Assembly: GCF_021054785.1 (NCBI RefSeq)
Contig: NZ_CP088239.1
Coordinates: 1-32,000 of the forward strand
Length of the DNA: 32,000 bases
Reading direction: 5' to 3'
From: Tannockella kyphosi
Lineage (GTDB): Bacteria; Bacillota_I; Bacilli_A; Erysipelotrichales; Coprobacillaceae
In this document: positions 30,499-32,000 of the stretch, in pieces
How the letters are laid out: every line of letters begins with the position of its first letter
Numbering within the stretch: the first letter of the stretch is position 1
The notes under the pieces: generated by a model
Seen by the model: the letters and a program-made list of their open reading frames with translations, nothing else
What the model was told of the DNA's origin: nothing
The model's database searches: none
Made by a program: the position numbers and the translations under genes

Positions 30499-32000
30499 AT
30501 GAAGAATGAAAATGATAATAATTTATACAATTCATCATTTGAACATGATAACTGTGGGATTGGTGCAGTTGTAAATATATCGGGTGATCAAACACACTAT
30601 ACAGTATCTACAGCACTATCTATTGTAGAACAACTAGAACATCGTGCGGGTAAAGATGTTACTGGGCAAACGGGAGATGGAGTAGGGATTTTAACACAAA
30701 TTCCACATCATTATTTTGAAAAAGTAACGAAAGATTTCACGTTACCACAAAAAGGCCACTATGGAGTAGGGATGTTCTTTTTCCCTCAAGATCCAAAACA
30801 ACTTGCAAATGTAAAACAATCATTAGAATCAAAAATAGAACAATTAGGTTTATGCTTATTAGGATGGAGAAATGTTCCTCATACACCATCTGTATTAGGC
30901 CAAAAAGCATTAGATGCAATGCCAGCCTTATGGCAATGTTTCATTAAAAAACCAGAAGATATAGAAGTTGGAATCAATTTTGATCGAAAACTATATCAAG
31001 TTCGTCGATTATTTGAAAAAGAAAATCATGAAGAAATGTATGTATGTTCATTATCTTCACGTACCATTGTATATAAAGGAATGTTCTTAGTAGGACAACT
31101 TCGTTCATTCTTTAATGATTTACAAGATGAAGCTTATGAAAGTGCAATAGCATTAGTGCATTCACGTTTTTCTACGAATACAATGCCTTCATGGCAAAGA
31201 GCTCATCCTAATCGTTTTATGGTCCATAATGGAGAAATCAATACAATTAAAGGGAATGCAGCCAATATGTTATGTCGTGAAGAATGCGTTGTAACAGATA
31301 AAGTAGATACTGATATTGTATATCCAGTAGTAGATGTTGCTGGATCAGATTCATCAAGATTAGATAACTCGTTAGAATTCTTAGTAATGGGTGGGATGGA
31401 TTTACCAAAAGCAGTTATGATGTGTATTCCTGAACCTTTTGAAAATAATCGTGTAATGTCTCAATCTAAAAAAGACTTCTACGCTTATAATGCTACATTA
31501 ATGGAACCTTGGGATGGACCAGCTTCGATTCTTTTTAGTGACGGTGATGTAATGGGAGCAATCCTAGATAGAAATGGACTACGTCCATCTCGTTACTATA
31601 TTACCGATGATAATTATTTAATCTTAGCTTCTGAAGTAGGAGCAATTCCTTTAGCACCTGAAAAAATAGTGGTAAAAGAAAGATTACGTCCTGGTAAGAT
31701 GTTATTAGTAGATACAAAACAAGGGAAATTATTATCAGATGAAGAATTAAAAGAAGATTATAGTACACGTCTTCCTTATGGAGAATGGTTAGAAAATAAT
31801 GTAGTACATTTATCAAAACTAAAAGTACCAAATGTATCAGTACCTTTATATAAAGAAAAAGAACTAACACAAAGACAAATGGTGCATGGATTTAGTTATG
31901 AAGATGTTCATGATTATATTTTACCGATGGCAACAAGTGGTGGAGAACCAGTTATTGCAATGGGGAATGATGCTCCGATTGCTTTATTATCATCAAAACA
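30499..32000 (+). CDS. gltB: glutamate synthase large subunit, 5' partial (runs off the window)
   Basis: Not in the ORF track (no stop in window). Hand translation gives MKNENDNNLYNSSFEHDNCGIGAVVN (Ntn Cys of the amidotransferase domain), LVHSRFSTNTMPSWQRAHP and MVHNGEINTIKGN. Confidence 0.93.
   Translation, partial: MKNENDNNLYNSSFEHDNCGIGAVVNISGDQTHYTVSTALSIVEQLEHRAGKDVTGQTGDGVGILTQIPHHYFEKVTKDFTLPQKGHYGVGMFFFPQDPKQLANVKQSLESKIEQLGLCLLGWRNVPHTPSVLGQKALDAMPALWQCFIKKPEDIEVGINFDRKLYQVRRLFEKENHEEMYVCSLSSRTIVYKGMFLVGQLRSFFNDLQDEAYESAIALVHSRFSTNTMPSWQRAHPNRFMVHNGEINTIKGNAANMLCREECVVTDKVDTDIVYPVVDVAGSDSSRLDNSLEFLVMGGMDLPKAVMMCIPEPFENNRVMSQSKKDFYAYNATLMEPWDGPASILFSDGDVMGAILDRNGLRPSRYYITDDNYLILASEVGAIPLAPEKIVVKERLRPGKMLLVDTKQGKLLSDEELKEDYSTRLPYGEWLENNVVHLSKLKVPNVSVPLYKEKELTQRQMVHGFSYEDVHDYILPMATSGGEPVIAMGNDAPIALLSSK

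Noticed and set aside
30332-30595. 87-aa minus-strand ORF spanning the gltB promoter and start
   Set aside because: It overlaps the gltB SD and the first 32 gltB codons on the opposite strand. Its composition is AT-rich intergenic read-through. The minus-strand ORFs at 30737-30919 and 31601-31870 inside gltB are rejected for the same reason.

Overview
AT-rich (roughly one-third G+C by eye, not computed) Bacillota-type chromosomal segment. Every gene but one is on the + strand. Contents in order: (1) the distal part of a tryptophan operon, trpD-trpC-trpF-trpB-trpA (1-4374), with overlapping or abutting stop/start codons and a rho-independent terminator. (2) A sigma-A-type promoter with an A-tract UP-like region and a ~120-nt leader, followed by a complete, uninterrupted S10-spc-alpha cluster of 30 genes, rpsJ through rplQ (4600-19090). 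It includes secY, adk, map, infA and rpmJ (rpmJ is missing from the supplied ORF track). It has no rpsD, which matches the usual Firmicutes layout. (3) ecfA1-ecfA2-ecfT-truA (19241-22425), with a PHP/HisJ-family phosphatase gene overlapping the truA stop. (4) A more variable region. It holds a terminator-bounded two-gene cassette: an orphan 396-aa protein coupled to a membrane-anchored alpha/beta-hydrolase-fold protein that appears to lack its catalytic Ser and His. After that come a 414-nt noncoding stretch, a GH1 6-phospho-beta-glucosidase, an RpiR regulator, a threonine-aldolase-like PLP enzyme and HU. A stand-alone pduL-type phosphotransacylase lies convergent on the - strand, followed by the 5' ~1.5 kb of gltB running off the window. 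I saw no rRNA, tRNA, CRISPR array, transposase/integrase or recognisable defence, toxin or secretion genes. About 70% of the window is ordinary core genome. The best candidate for something undescribed is the orphan plus pseudo-hydrolase cassette at 23.3-25.5 kb. Smaller oddities are a 54-nt near-perfect palindrome after rplQ and an (NGPRK)x4 tandem repeat at the 5' end of rpsE. Evidence for any novel 'system' is thin and is labelled as inference.
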